Shown: positions 1 through 9,053, numbered from the stretch's first letter. The stretch: 64,000 nt of DNA from Bacteroidia bacterium (GCA_025454955.1 JALONL010000015.1:72230-136229); one strand, 5' to 3'. A program made the numbers and translations. The notes: generated from the letters alone by a model not told the origin.

Positions 1-693
1 TTTGTTGTGCATGTGTACCGACTCATGAACCACCGTTTCGAAATTGGAGAAGAGCGCAGCCTCGGCCGTGTCAATTACGGGTTTTACCAGCGAATCGTTT
101 ATTACGTGGTAGTAGCAGTCGGGACCGCAATAGCTTTCGGTGAGCACTTCATCGTAGCCTTTGGCGAATCGGCTGGCCACGCTGATGTAAAACTTTTTGG
201 CCAGGTCGCCGGCGTTGGCGGGTTGCACGTATGCAGCGGTAGCTTTGGGCGCGGGCTTTTTTACCTGCGGCACAGCCGATGATCCGCTGCCGGTAAAGGT
301 TTCGCGGGTGAGCGGGTTTACGAGCCAGTGTTGCGTAAGGCTTGCATCGCCGGCGGCTGAAGCCATTTTTGGACGGCGTCCAAACCATACATCGCTACGT
401 TTTTCGTAAAGTCCTTTGGTGGAAACGAAAAACGTTTTGCGCAGCATGGGATTGGGGCCATGCCGTTTCATGGTGGTTTTGAGTTCGAGTTTGCGGCCGT
501 TCAGTTCGTACACGCCGGTATCGCGTGTGGCTTTTTTCTTGGTGTAGGTGAGGTATTCATACACCTTATCGCTGCGCAAACGAAGCACGCGCAACGAACT
601 GCTGCCGTTTTTAATGGTATAAACCGCCGTGTAATCGGCCGCAGCAAGCGATGCCGGTAAGGCAAAGATCAGAAGGAGCACAAGGTAACGCAT
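1..693 (-). CDS. Secreted protein with HExxH zinc-peptidase-like motif (partial, runs off left edge)
   Basis: Not in the ORF track because there is no stop in the window. Manual translation from ATG at 693: MRYLVLLLIFALPASLAAADY... (signal peptide), open to base 1, ending ...FETVVHESVHMHNK. Confidence 0.7.
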   Translation of the reverse strand, partial: MRYLVLLLIFALPASLAAADYTAVYTIKNGSSSLRVLRLRSDKVYEYLTYTKKKATRDTGVYELNGRKLELKTTMKRHGPNPMLRKTFFVSTKGLYEKRSDVWFGRRPKMASAAGDASLTQHWLVNPLTRETFTGSGSSAVPQVKKPAPKATAAYVQPANAGDLAKKFYISVASRFAKGYDEVLTESYCGPDCYYHVINDSLVKPVIDTAEAALFSNFETVVHESVHMHNK

Positions 694-799
694 ACAAACT
701 GAGGAATTGGTGAGCGTATGCGTGTTTCATAATCGGTGGCGGTGGTGTTTAAAATGAAACGTGCAAGTACAATGCCATGTTGTATGCGTGGCAAAAAAA

Positions 800-2248
800 T
801 CAATCGGCGCACTCATCTACTTTTCCGCCTTTTTGTGCTTTGCCTTGTTTGCCTGCACGGTGCGGAAGCGGGAAAAGCGGAAGTTTGAGCACTATATATG
901 CATCGGCGCTGAAATTGTATTTACGCGCAAAGAGCAGTCCGAGAATATCGTTGGTGCCAAACGAAAGCGGACCAATGCGCATGCCCCCGCCCACCGCCGC
1001 CACACCCAGACGCGAAAACGACACAGGAGCCCACACACCAAACCATTCGTTTTCGTAACGCGGGGTAATGCTTACACGGGTAAGCTCATGCACACGCGCC
1101 ATGCGCGAATTGCGCAGGTAAACAGCCGAAAACACATTGCCACCCACATAAAGGCCCGGCCTGAACTGATAATCGCCATGCAGGTTGAGCGAAAGCGGCA
1201 AACGCATCCACATGGCATCCCCGGCATCGGCACCGCCGTTGCGCAACTCGAAAGTGCCATACACCGGCGCGGGGGCCGTTTGGTTTATTGGCTCGCCGTT
1301 GGTGTTCCAGTAGCTGGCACTTACGGTGTACTCGTCAGACAGTTCGCCGCGACGGAAACGGATAATGCCTAAATCCTGCAGCGCCAGTCCGATGCGGTAT
1401 TTGTACACCGCCCGCTCGCCACGCAGTCCGGGCCATACGCGGCGCTGGTCTGATTTCTTCTGTATGTCATCGGGGCGGAATTCGTAAATCAGTCCCGCAT
1501 CGAGTCCCAGCCCGGGGCTGGTGCGAAAGCCCCACGAAGGCGTGAGGGCGTTGTTGAAGGTTAGCTGGTCGCTGTGCATGAAACGCAGGGCTCCGCTGTA
1601 AAGCTGAATGATGCTGTCGTTGGGCACATTGTAGGCGGCATCGCTTAAATCGACATGCACGGCAGCCAGGCCGAAGAGGATTTTGGGACGTATGCCTGCA
1701 CTGAGGTAATGTTCGGCTCCGTTGCGCAGCACCACGGCGTAGGTAAAGGCCAGTTCGGCCCAGCTCATTGCGTTTACATTCAGGCGCTGGTTGCGGTACT
1801 GATCGTTGAACTGCGGGGGATGATCGAAACCGTAGGCAAGAAGCTGCGCCAGTTCGCTGTTTACACCATCCACATTCACATAATTGCGCAGATTCACATT
1901 AAATCCCCAGCCCGATTTTTCGTTCGACACCATCACACCCGGCCCCAGCACGGTAGCCCGCACAAAAGCCGATTTTCGTGTATTCCAGGTACGCAGTTTC
2001 AAATCTTCCACACCCAGCGTGGGCTTACGGATATCGGCCCGGCGAATGCCCACAAAATTGTTGCCTGCTTCCACGCTTGCACCGGCCACCAGAAAATCGA
2101 GGCTATACACATTATCGGCCGCCGTGGCCGGATTAAACCACAATCCCGCCGAACCCGCGTAGGGCGAGGCGCTGTACCCGGGGAAATCCTGCGCCATGCC
2201 AGCAAACGGCAAGGCTGCAAGAAGGAGTAAAAGAAAATAGCTGCGCAT
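800..2248 (-). CDS. DUF5723-like outer-membrane beta-barrel protein
   Basis: 482 aa with signal peptide, N-terminal SPYAGSAGLWFNPA-type motif and alternating amphipathic strands typical of this Bacteroidota family. Confidence 0.65.
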   Translation of the reverse strand: MRSYFLLLLLAALPFAGMAQDFPGYSASPYAGSAGLWFNPATAADNVYSLDFLVAGASVEAGNNFVGIRRADIRKPTLGVEDLKLRTWNTRKSAFVRATVLGPGVMVSNEKSGWGFNVNLRNYVNVDGVNSELAQLLAYGFDHPPQFNDQYRNQRLNVNAMSWAELAFTYAVVLRNGAEHYLSAGIRPKILFGLAAVHVDLSDAAYNVPNDSIIQLYSGALRFMHSDQLTFNNALTPSWGFRTSPGLGLDAGLIYEFRPDDIQKKSDQRRVWPGLRGERAVYKYRIGLALQDLGIIRFRRGELSDEYTVSASYWNTNGEPINQTAPAPVYGTFELRNGGADAGDAMWMRLPLSLNLHGDYQFRPGLYVGGNVFSAVYLRNSRMARVHELTRVSITPRYENEWFGVWAPVSFSRLGVAAVGGGMRIGPLSFGTNDILGLLFARKYNFSADAYIVLKLPLFPLPHRAGKQGKAQKGGKVDECAD

Positions 2249-2305
2249 GAAAGGCCTGATTCAGGGTAGAAAATTAGCCTTTTTACGCGCAGCTATGCCT
2301 TTAGG

Positions 2306-3145
2306 TTAGCAACATCCCGAACCCGGAGTGCAGCAATTATCTTTTACCCCAAATACGGTAATGCTGTAAATACCCGTGCCCGATTCCTTAAACTGCCGTA
2401 TTTCCTCGTCGCTGAGGTAGGTTTTCAGTATTTCGTCGGGAATGGTAATTGTTTTCTGCTTCTGCACGGTGATGTGCGTGAAACCTGCTTTTTCAATCAG
2501 CCCCAGGTATTCGCTTTTCTGAATGGCGCCGGAAACGCAGCCGGCATAAAGTTCGGCGGTTTTGCGGGCAGTTTCGGGCAAATCGCCTTCGAGCACAATA
2601 TCCGAAATGCTGAAATGTCCGCCGGGTTTGAGCACACGCTTAATTTCGGCAAATACGGCGGCTTTATCGGGCACGAGGTTAAGTACGCAATTGCTCACCA
2701 CCACATTGGCCACACCGCTGGTTACGGGCATTTTTTCAATATCGCCCTGGCGGAATTCCACGTTGTGGAAGCCTAATTTTTCGGCGTTTGCCCTGGCCCG
2801 CTCAATCATGGCAGGGGTAAAATCTATTCCGATCACTTTACCCGTGGGGCCTGTTTCGTGGCGGGCCACAAAGCAATCGTTTCCGGCTCCGCTGCCGAGG
2901 TCAATAACCACATCGCCGGGCTTTATGCGGGCAAATTCGGTGGGCAGTCCGCAGCCCAGACCCAGATCGGCCTCGGCTTTGTAGCCCTGAAGCTGCCCGT
3001 AATTGTCGGACATGATATTATACACCGGATCGCAGCAACCGGTAGTGGCACCGCAGCAGGATGCTGAATTGGTGTCTTTATCCTGCAAGGCTATTTCGCT
3101 GTATTTCTCGCGAACAAGTGCCTTAATTTCTTCTGAGTTGTTCAT
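2306..3145 (-). CDS. arsM: Arsenite S-adenosylmethionine methyltransferase
   Basis: LGLGCGLP, VIDLGSGAG.D SAM motif, SNCVLNL, YAGCVSGA, plus Cys-rich N- and C-termini (SCCG..GCC; NCCTPGSGCC). Confidence 0.9.
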   Translation of the reverse strand: MNNSEEIKALVREKYSEIALQDKDTNSASCCGATTGCCDPVYNIMSDNYGQLQGYKAEADLGLGCGLPTEFARIKPGDVVIDLGSGAGNDCFVARHETGPTGKVIGIDFTPAMIERARANAEKLGFHNVEFRQGDIEKMPVTSGVANVVVSNCVLNLVPDKAAVFAEIKRVLKPGGHFSISDIVLEGDLPETARKTAELYAGCVSGAIQKSEYLGLIEKAGFTHITVQKQKTITIPDEILKTYLSDEEIRQFKESGTGIYSITVFGVKDNCCTPGSGCC

Positions 3146-3154
3146 GGCAGTTTA

Positions 3155-3178
3155 ATTTATCGCAATATTACGATAAAT
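3155..3178. promoter_or_regulatory. Near-perfect 24-bp palindrome, putative ArsR/SmtB-type operator of arsM
   Basis: ATTTATCGCAATATTACGATAAAT, 12-12 inverted repeat with one mismatched pair, 9 bp upstream of the arsM ATG. Confidence 0.6.
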
Positions 3179-3303
3179 GATTTACACCCTCAAATTCCGT
3201 CACTTTTTTTTACAAACTGATTTCTATCAGCCCGCGCAATGACCTTGCTCCTGCCGTTTGCCACGGCGGTAAACGAATTTTGAAGCCTACAAACCGTCAC
3301 ACT

Positions 3304-3507
3304 ATGGAAATCAACAACCAGCCTCAGCCCATCCGCATCAGCCGCCGCGCACTGCGCCTTTTCGGCACCGGAGCTTTAGTAGTTTATCTCAGCGGACTTG
3401 CCTACTGCATTGCCTCTGAGCATTATTTCGAATCAGGTTTGCTGGGCGGTGCACTTGTACTGCTGAGCGGATTGACCTGGTGGATTTATCAGCATCTTGA
3501 AGATTAA
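3304..3507 (+). CDS. Small two-TM membrane protein
   Basis: Two hydrophobic segments in a 67-aa ORF followed by a hairpin. Confidence 0.5.
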   Translation: MEINNQPQPIRISRRALRLFGTGALVVYLSGLAYCIASEHYFESGLLGGALVLLSGLTWWIYQHLED

Positions 3508-3537
3508 TTCTTAGAAAAAATACATGCCCCGAAAATG

Positions 3538-3564
3538 ACCGGATATTACCTGATAATATCCGGT
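3538..3564 (+). terminator. Hairpin, probable terminator (or operator)
   Basis: ACCGGATATTA-cctga-TAATATCCGGT perfect 11-bp inverted repeat in the intergenic gap. Confidence 0.5.
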
Positions 3565-3626
3565 TATCTATTTTTCATCTCATTTCAATGTGAGACTGGG
3601 TATCTTTAGGCATAAATATATATGCG

Positions 3627-4004
3627 ATGAAAAAGATACTGATCCTCACGTTATGCACAGGCGGCCTGTTTTTTTCAGGATGTAAGAAAGACGGAACCGG
3701 AGGCGATGCCACATTAGGCATTACGGCCAAGCACCACGGCGCAACCATTGCAGGCACACGAATTTACATTAAGTACGGTGCAAAAGATTTTCCCGGCGAA
3801 GATGTGTCGAAATACGATGCCTCTGTGGTGGCCAACGCCAGCGGCTATGCCGAAATTCCCGACCTGCGCTATGGCAACTACTACATTTACGGGGTAGGAT
3901 TCGACAGCACTATAAACGAACCCGTAAAAGGCGGCGCACCCATAAAAATTAAATGGAGCGAACGAAAGGAAGTTCAGAAAGAAGATCTTTCTATTACCGA
4001 ATAA
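3627..4004 (+). CDS. Small lipoprotein (carboxypeptidase-regulatory/prealbumin-like fold likely)
   Basis: MKK start, lipobox FFSGC followed by KKD; GYAEIPDLRYGNYYIYG beta-sandwich pattern. Confidence 0.75.
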   Translation: MKKILILTLCTGGLFFSGCKKDGTGGDATLGITAKHHGATIAGTRIYIKYGAKDFPGEDVSKYDASVVANASGYAEIPDLRYGNYYIYGVGFDSTINEPVKGGAPIKIKWSERKEVQKEDLSITE

Positions 4005-4015
4005 ACTGATATACC

Positions 4016-4060
4016 CAATAAAAAAGGCCGGAGCAGAAATCTGCTCCGGCCTTTTTATTG
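4016..4060. terminator. Bidirectional intrinsic terminator
   Basis: A-tract-GGCCGGAGCAG / CTGCTCCGGCC-T-tract. Confidence 0.85.
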
Positions 4061-4072
4061 GGTTGAATTGAG

Positions 4073-4111
4073 TTACGAAGCCACTTTTGCCGTTAAAGCA
4101 AAATCGTTGGG
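4073..4111 (-). pseudogene. Relic 3' tip of a fatty-acid desaturase gene
   Basis: Encodes PNDFALTAKVAS*, matching the C-terminus PNDYALTAKAAA* of the desaturase at 4676-5797; the adjacent spacer and terminator are also duplicated. Confidence 0.75.
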
Positions 4112-4215
4112 CGGCTTTAGGAGACACTCTATTTTGAGCTGTGTCAGGTATAATCTGAATCGTATAACAGAATTGCTTTTTAACCAGCTCAATTAAGTAA
4201 AAGTAATGGAGTAAT

Positions 4216-4371
4216 TTTTAAACAGGCGCTGAGTTTAACAGAAACTCCGCACACAGGCAGAAAAATAATCTGGACTAATACCCCTCGCAGGTCTTCGAGG
4301 ACCTGCGAGGGGTTTGCGAGTAATTTATTTTTCTGCCTGTGTGCTGCACAAATGCGTTCGCGCTGGCAGTT
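4216..4371. repeat. REP-like nested-palindrome element, family A copy 1
   Basis: Outer 20-bp perfect IR (4249-4268/4325-4344) enclosing a 14-bp perfect IR (4280-4293/4300-4313). Confidence 0.85.
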
Positions 4372-4409
4372 ATCTGTTCGGTTGCCCTATTATTATTTTC
4401 AACAGCCGA

Positions 4410-4566
4410 TTTTAAACAGGCGCTGATTTTTAGCAGAAATCCCGCACACAGGCAGAAAAATAATCTGGACTGATACCCCTCGCAGGTCTCCAAAGACCTG
4501 CGAGGGGTTTGCGAGTTATTTATTTTTCTGCCTGTGTGCTGCGCAGATGCAATCGTGCTGGCAGTT
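4410..4566. repeat. REP-like nested-palindrome element, family A copy 2
   Basis: Direct repeat of 4216-4371 at a 195-bp offset; stems identical, inner loop differs (TTCGAG vs TCCAAA). Confidence 0.85.
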
Positions 4567-4620
4567 TGAAAATAGGCTCATCACAAACCTCAAAAACGAA
4601 TTTTAAGCAGACTATTAATT

Positions 4621-4658
4621 AAAAAAAACCGGAGCAAAAATATGCTCCGGTTTTTTTT
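4621..4658 (-). terminator. Intrinsic terminator of the desaturase gene
   Basis: A8-CCGGAGCA / TGCTCCGG-T8. Confidence 0.85.
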
Positions 4659-4675
4659 ATTGGATTTAATATGAG

Positions 4676-5797
4676 TTACGCAGCCGCTTTCGCTGTTAAA
4701 GCATAATCGTTGGGGCGACTAAAATGCCGCAGGGTGCGGAAATGCGAACGGATGGCCGAAATGAGTGAGTGATGGTTGTGGTAAGTAATGCCAAACTCAC
4801 GGGCTTTGGCTTCCACCACACGGCTCAGTTTGTAATAGTGAATGCTGCAAATATTGGGAAACAAATGGTGCTCCACCTGAAAATTAAGTCCGCCCACAAA
4901 CCAGGTAATTACCGGATTGCGCACGGCAAAATTGGCGGTGGTGTTAAGCTGGTGTACCATCCAGGCGTTTTCAATATCGCCTTTGTCGTTGGGTGCGGGA
5001 AACTCGGTTTCTTCCACAATATGCGCAAGCTGGAATACCACCGAAAGGATAATACCCATAATCATGTGCATGGCCACGAAGCCAATGAGTATTTGCCACC
5101 ACGCAAAGGGCAGCACCATCATGGGCAGGGCAATGGTGAGGAAAATGTAGATGAGTTTATACGCAAACAGGCGAACTACTTCTCTTACCGGGTGTTTTAC
5201 TTCGGGATTGGGGCTGCCGTTTCCGTTGTAGGTAATGAGTTTGTTAAAATCGGTGTAAAACACCCAACTGAGCGAAAGCAGCGAGTAAAGCGGCAGTGCC
5301 AGCCAGGGCTGTATGCGGTGTATGCGTTTCCACTGTGCCTGCGGAGTAAGACGGAGAATGCTTACGGGAGCATCAATATCCTCGTCTTTCTCGTGAATAT
5401 TGGTGAAGGTGTGGTGGCGCACATTGTGCTTGATTTTCCAGAAATAATCATTGGCTCCCAGAAAGTTGAAGGATACGCCAATGAGTTTATTTACCAGCGG
5501 ATACTTTGAGTAGGCATTATGCAGGGCATCATGCGCCACCGAGAAGCCAATACCTGTTGCTCCCAGCCCCATCACAATGGCCAGCCCCAGCGATGCCCAG
5601 GCACCGAAGTTGCCGGTCATGATGAGAATATAAGGCACTACATACAGCGAAATCATGCAAATGGTTTTGATTACCATTGCCGTGTTTGCGTAAGGTGAGA
5701 TGTTGCGGGAGGAGAAGTATTGATCGACTGCGAGGCGAAGTTCCTTTACAAAATCTGCGTTGAGACGATTGTTAAATCGGATTCGGTTCAGTTCCAT
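4676..5797 (-). CDS. Membrane fatty-acid desaturase (acyl-CoA desaturase/DesA3-like)
   Basis: Three histidine boxes HDALH, HNVRHH, QVEHH; GGLNFQ motif; multiple TM segments. Confidence 0.92.
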   Translation of the reverse strand: MELNRIRFNNRLNADFVKELRLAVDQYFSSRNISPYANTAMVIKTICMISLYVVPYILIMTGNFGAWASLGLAIVMGLGATGIGFSVAHDALHNAYSKYPLVNKLIGVSFNFLGANDYFWKIKHNVRHHTFTNIHEKDEDIDAPVSILRLTPQAQWKRIHRIQPWLALPLYSLLSLSWVFYTDFNKLITYNGNGSPNPEVKHPVREVVRLFAYKLIYIFLTIALPMMVLPFAWWQILIGFVAMHMIMGIILSVVFQLAHIVEETEFPAPNDKGDIENAWMVHQLNTTANFAVRNPVITWFVGGLNFQVEHHLFPNICSIHYYKLSRVVEAKAREFGITYHNHHSLISAIRSHFRTLRHFSRPNDYALTAKAAA

Positions 5798-5946
5798 TCG
5801 TTCCTTTTAATGTGGCCGCAAGGTACGGTTTATTCCGCCCCCTTGATAACTGATGAGCAACTATTAACATTCATTTTCGACAAAACAGAGATGATTGTCG
5901 TCAGAAAATCGACGAATCGTTGTTTTGTTTAACTTTAGTTCCACAA

Positions 5947-6363
5947 ATGGAAAAAAAATACAACAACGGTGAAATCACGGTTCACTGGAAGCCAGAAATG
6001 TGCATTCATTCGCGGATTTGCTGGACCGGACTGCGATCAGTATTCGATCCGTCGAAACGTCCGTGGATTAACCTCGAAGGTGGTTCAACCGAAGAAATCA
6101 TTGCCCAGGTGAAGAAATGCCCCTCGGGCGCAATAAGTTATACCATGAATGAAGAAACGAAGACAGAATCGGCCGCCTACGAAGTATGTGTGGCCGAAAT
6201 GGCGCCCAACGGGCCTTTGCTGGTGAAGGGCGAAATTATAGTGAAGGATGCGCAGGGCAACGAAGTGCGCAAAAGCAATGTAACGGCTTTTTGCCGCTGC
6301 GGTGCGTCTTCCAACAAGCCTTATTGCGACGGTTCACACCGCAACAGCGGCTTTACGGGTTAG
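5947..6363 (+). CDS. Divergent 4Fe-4S (YjdI-like) domain fused to CDGSH iron-sulfur domain
   Basis: CIHSRIC...CPSGAI N-terminal domain and FCRCGASSNKPYCDGSH C-terminal domain; start reassigned to ATG 5947. Confidence 0.88.
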   Translation: MEKKYNNGEITVHWKPEMCIHSRICWTGLRSVFDPSKRPWINLEGGSTEEIIAQVKKCPSGAISYTMNEETKTESAAYEVCVAEMAPNGPLLVKGEIIVKDAQGNEVRKSNVTAFCRCGASSNKPYCDGSHRNSGFTG

Positions 6364-7171
6364 GCAGTTTTTTGGCGCGGTTCCAGTATTCGTCCATTTC
6401 GGCCAGGCTCATTTCTTCGAGTTTGCGGCCGTCTTTCTGCGATTCGCGTTCGAGATACTGGAAGCGGGTAATGAATTTGCGGTTGGTTTTCTCCAGCGCG
6501 TCTTCGGGGTTTATGCCCAGGAAGCGGGCGTAGTTGATTAACGCAAACATTACATCGCCAAATTCGTCTTCGAGTTTTTCTTTGGCGGCGTGGCTGTCGC
6601 ACTCGGCTTTAAACTCGTTGAGTTCTTCGAGTACTTTGTCCCATACCTGATGCGGCTCTTCCCAGTCGAAACCCACTGCGCGGGCTTTTTCCTGAATGCG
6701 TGTGGCCTTTACCACTGCGGGCAAACCTAAGGGCACACCGGCCAACACCGAGCGGAATCCGTCGCCGGTGATGCTGTCTTTTTCCTTGAGTTTAATCTTC
6801 TCCCAGTTTTCCTTTACCTGCTCTTCGGTTTCGGCCTTTACATCGCCGTATATGTGCGGGTGGCGCGAGATGAGTTTATCGCACTGGGCGTGAATGACAT
6901 CGGCAATGTCGAAATCGCCTGTTTCGCTGCCGATTTTGGCGTAGAATACAATGTGCAGGAGCACATCGCCAAGTTCCTTTTTCACGCCCTGCATATTGCC
7001 GGTGAGTATGGCGTCGGCCAGCTCGTACATCTCTTCAATGGTAAGATGCCGCAGGCTTTCCAGGGTTTGCTTTTTGTCCCACGGGCATTGCGCACGGAGT
7101 TCGTCCATAATGGTAAGCAAACGGCCGAAAGCCTGCTGCTTTTCTTCGGGAGTGGAATTGGCCTTATTCAT
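6353..7171 (-). CDS. mazG: Nucleoside triphosphate pyrophosphohydrolase MazG
   Basis: CPWDKKQT, EEMYEL, ELGDVL, RHPHIYG, EFGDVMF tandem MazG domains. Confidence 0.95.
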   Translation of the reverse strand: MNKANSTPEEKQQAFGRLLTIMDELRAQCPWDKKQTLESLRHLTIEEMYELADAILTGNMQGVKKELGDVLLHIVFYAKIGSETGDFDIADVIHAQCDKLISRHPHIYGDVKAETEEQVKENWEKIKLKEKDSITGDGFRSVLAGVPLGLPAVVKATRIQEKARAVGFDWEEPHQVWDKVLEELNEFKAECDSHAAKEKLEDEFGDVMFALINYARFLGINPEDALEKTNRKFITRFQYLERESQKDGRKLEEMSLAEMDEYWNRAKKLPNP

Positions 7172-7233
7172 AACCGTCAAAGTTAATGCGAAACCCGGGC
7201 CGAACTGCTATCTTTATACGCGGTAATCTTTTC

Positions 7234-8325
7234 ATGAAAAAGCTTCTGTTGTTTTGTGTGCTCTGCGGCATGACCTCCCCTGCCCTTGCATTTGACCCGG
7301 GCAAGGTTTATCCGTGGACAATCCGCGCCAATGCCCACTACGGCCTGCTGCTGCCGGAGTATGGCTTCATGAATTACATTGCCGACGATTACATACGCGG
7401 TGCCGAAGTAAACCTGCTTCACCAGACCACGGGCAGCAACATCTGGCAGCAGCTGTACCGCTACCCGGCCTGGGGAGTTTCGTTTTTTTACAGCAGCATG
7501 GGCAGCGCCTCGCAGTTTGGCGATCAGTACACCATTTATCCCTACTACCGCCTGCACATTGCCGGACGGCGAAAGGTAAACCTGAGTTACCAGATGGGCG
7601 TGGGCCTTTCGTATGCCACCAAAAAGTACAATCCCGAAAATAATTTCGTGAACGTGGCCATTGCCACACACCTCAACATACACTACCACGCCGATTTGCT
7701 GCTGAACATAAAACTCAGCGAACGCATGGGCGCCAATGCCGGACTCGCCTTCAACCACATTTCAAACGCCAACCTCGGCGAACCCAACGTGGGCCTCAAC
7801 TTCGCCACAGCCTACGCCGGTCTCACCTACTCGTTTGGCGAGCCACAGGCTTTCCGCCGCGACAGCATTCCCGCATTTACTCCCGAAATGAATTACCACG
7901 TTATGGTAACCGGCGGCATCAAACACACCCGCACGTTTGAATCGTTCAAGTACCCGGCCTTCTCGGTTTCATTCAACGCCAGCCGCCGCACCGGCCATAA
8001 ATTTGCCTTTGGCGTGGGTGCCGATTTCTTTTACGACACCTCTGTGGAAGACCAGATGGTACGCCAGGAACGCGAGTTCAAATCGCAGTATGCATACATG
8101 ACTGGCATTCATTTCACGCAGGAATTCATTTACAATAAATTTTCGCTGCTCGTGCAGGAAGGCTTCTACATTGGCCTGCGCGATGAGCTGAACAACTATT
8201 TCATGTACAACCGCGCCATGGTGCGCTGGCATATTACACCCGCATTGTTTGTCAATGCATCCATGAAATCTCACCTCTACATTCTCGATTTCCCCGAAAT
8301 CGGTGTAGGCTATACATTCCGGTAA
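7234..8325 (+). CDS. PagL-like acyloxyacyl hydrolase / lipid A deacylase family beta-barrel
   Basis: Signal peptide; FNHISNANLGEPNVGLN PagL-type motif; terminal GVGYTFR strand. Confidence 0.75.
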   Translation: MKKLLLFCVLCGMTSPALAFDPGKVYPWTIRANAHYGLLLPEYGFMNYIADDYIRGAEVNLLHQTTGSNIWQQLYRYPAWGVSFFYSSMGSASQFGDQYTIYPYYRLHIAGRRKVNLSYQMGVGLSYATKKYNPENNFVNVAIATHLNIHYHADLLLNIKLSERMGANAGLAFNHISNANLGEPNVGLNFATAYAGLTYSFGEPQAFRRDSIPAFTPEMNYHVMVTGGIKHTRTFESFKYPAFSVSFNASRRTGHKFAFGVGADFFYDTSVEDQMVRQEREFKSQYAYMTGIHFTQEFIYNKFSLLVQEGFYIGLRDELNNYFMYNRAMVRWHITPALFVNASMKSHLYILDFPEIGVGYTFR

Positions 8326-9053
8326 TGCGATACAGACACCTCATCCTGATGCTGTTTACCGCGCCCCTGCTTATGCTCACGGCCTGCCGGAAAGGCGATC
8401 CGTATGATGGCTTTGTGAGTAAAACGTACAATTACAACAGCATCGACACGCTGCAAATTGAAGGCGTTTACGAAATCATTCTCATTCAGGATACCGTAAA
8501 CAAAATTGTGGTAAACGGCCCCGAACGCGTGGTAAACAAAACCGATCTTACGGTGGAAGACGGTAAAATAATTATCGACACACGCAGCAACGGACAAATG
8601 TTTCATCCGCGCGAAGCCAACACACGTTTATACGTACACGTTACAGCCATAAAACTTGTAAACGTGTATGAAACATGCAGCATACGCACACCCGAACCGC
8701 TTACCGGCTACGAAATAGGCGTGGTAAACAAAGCCCGCACCATGGATGTGGATCTGAAACTGAACTGCACCGTGTTTTACTACTGGAACAACCCGGTAGG
8801 CGGGCAAATTGTGCTGCACGGTCAGGTAAACGAACTGAAATTCTGGAACGCCGGGCTTGCCCGTGTGGACGCCAGCGACCTTCAGGCCGAATTCGCCATT
8901 GCCGACAACGGCTCGCAAAACGACTGTGTGCTCAATGCACGCCAGCAAATTACATACAGCCTTACCAGCGTGGGCAATATACTCTACTACGGAAATCCTG
9001 CGCTCGTGCGCGACAAGGTTACCGGCTCGGGGCAGATACTCCGTGCGCAGTAA
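8325..9053 (+). CDS. Lipoprotein with head GIN / DUF2807-like beta-helix domain
   Basis: Lipobox LTAC; repetitive beta-helix pattern ending GNILYYGNP..V...VTGSGQI; start overlaps upstream stop (TAATG). Confidence 0.75.
   Translation: MRYRHLILMLFTAPLLMLTACRKGDPYDGFVSKTYNYNSIDTLQIEGVYEIILIQDTVNKIVVNGPERVVNKTDLTVEDGKIIIDTRSNGQMFHPREANTRLYVHVTAIKLVNVYETCSIRTPEPLTGYEIGVVNKARTMDVDLKLNCTVFYYWNNPVGGQIVLHGQVNELKFWNAGLARVDASDLQAEFAIADNGSQNDCVLNARQQITYSLTSVGNILYYGNPALVRDKVTGSGQILRAQ

Noticed and set aside
4216-4566. Possible CRISPR array
   Set aside because: Only two units, each ~156 bp with long internal stems; no 25-45-bp repeat/spacer periodicity and no cas genes.
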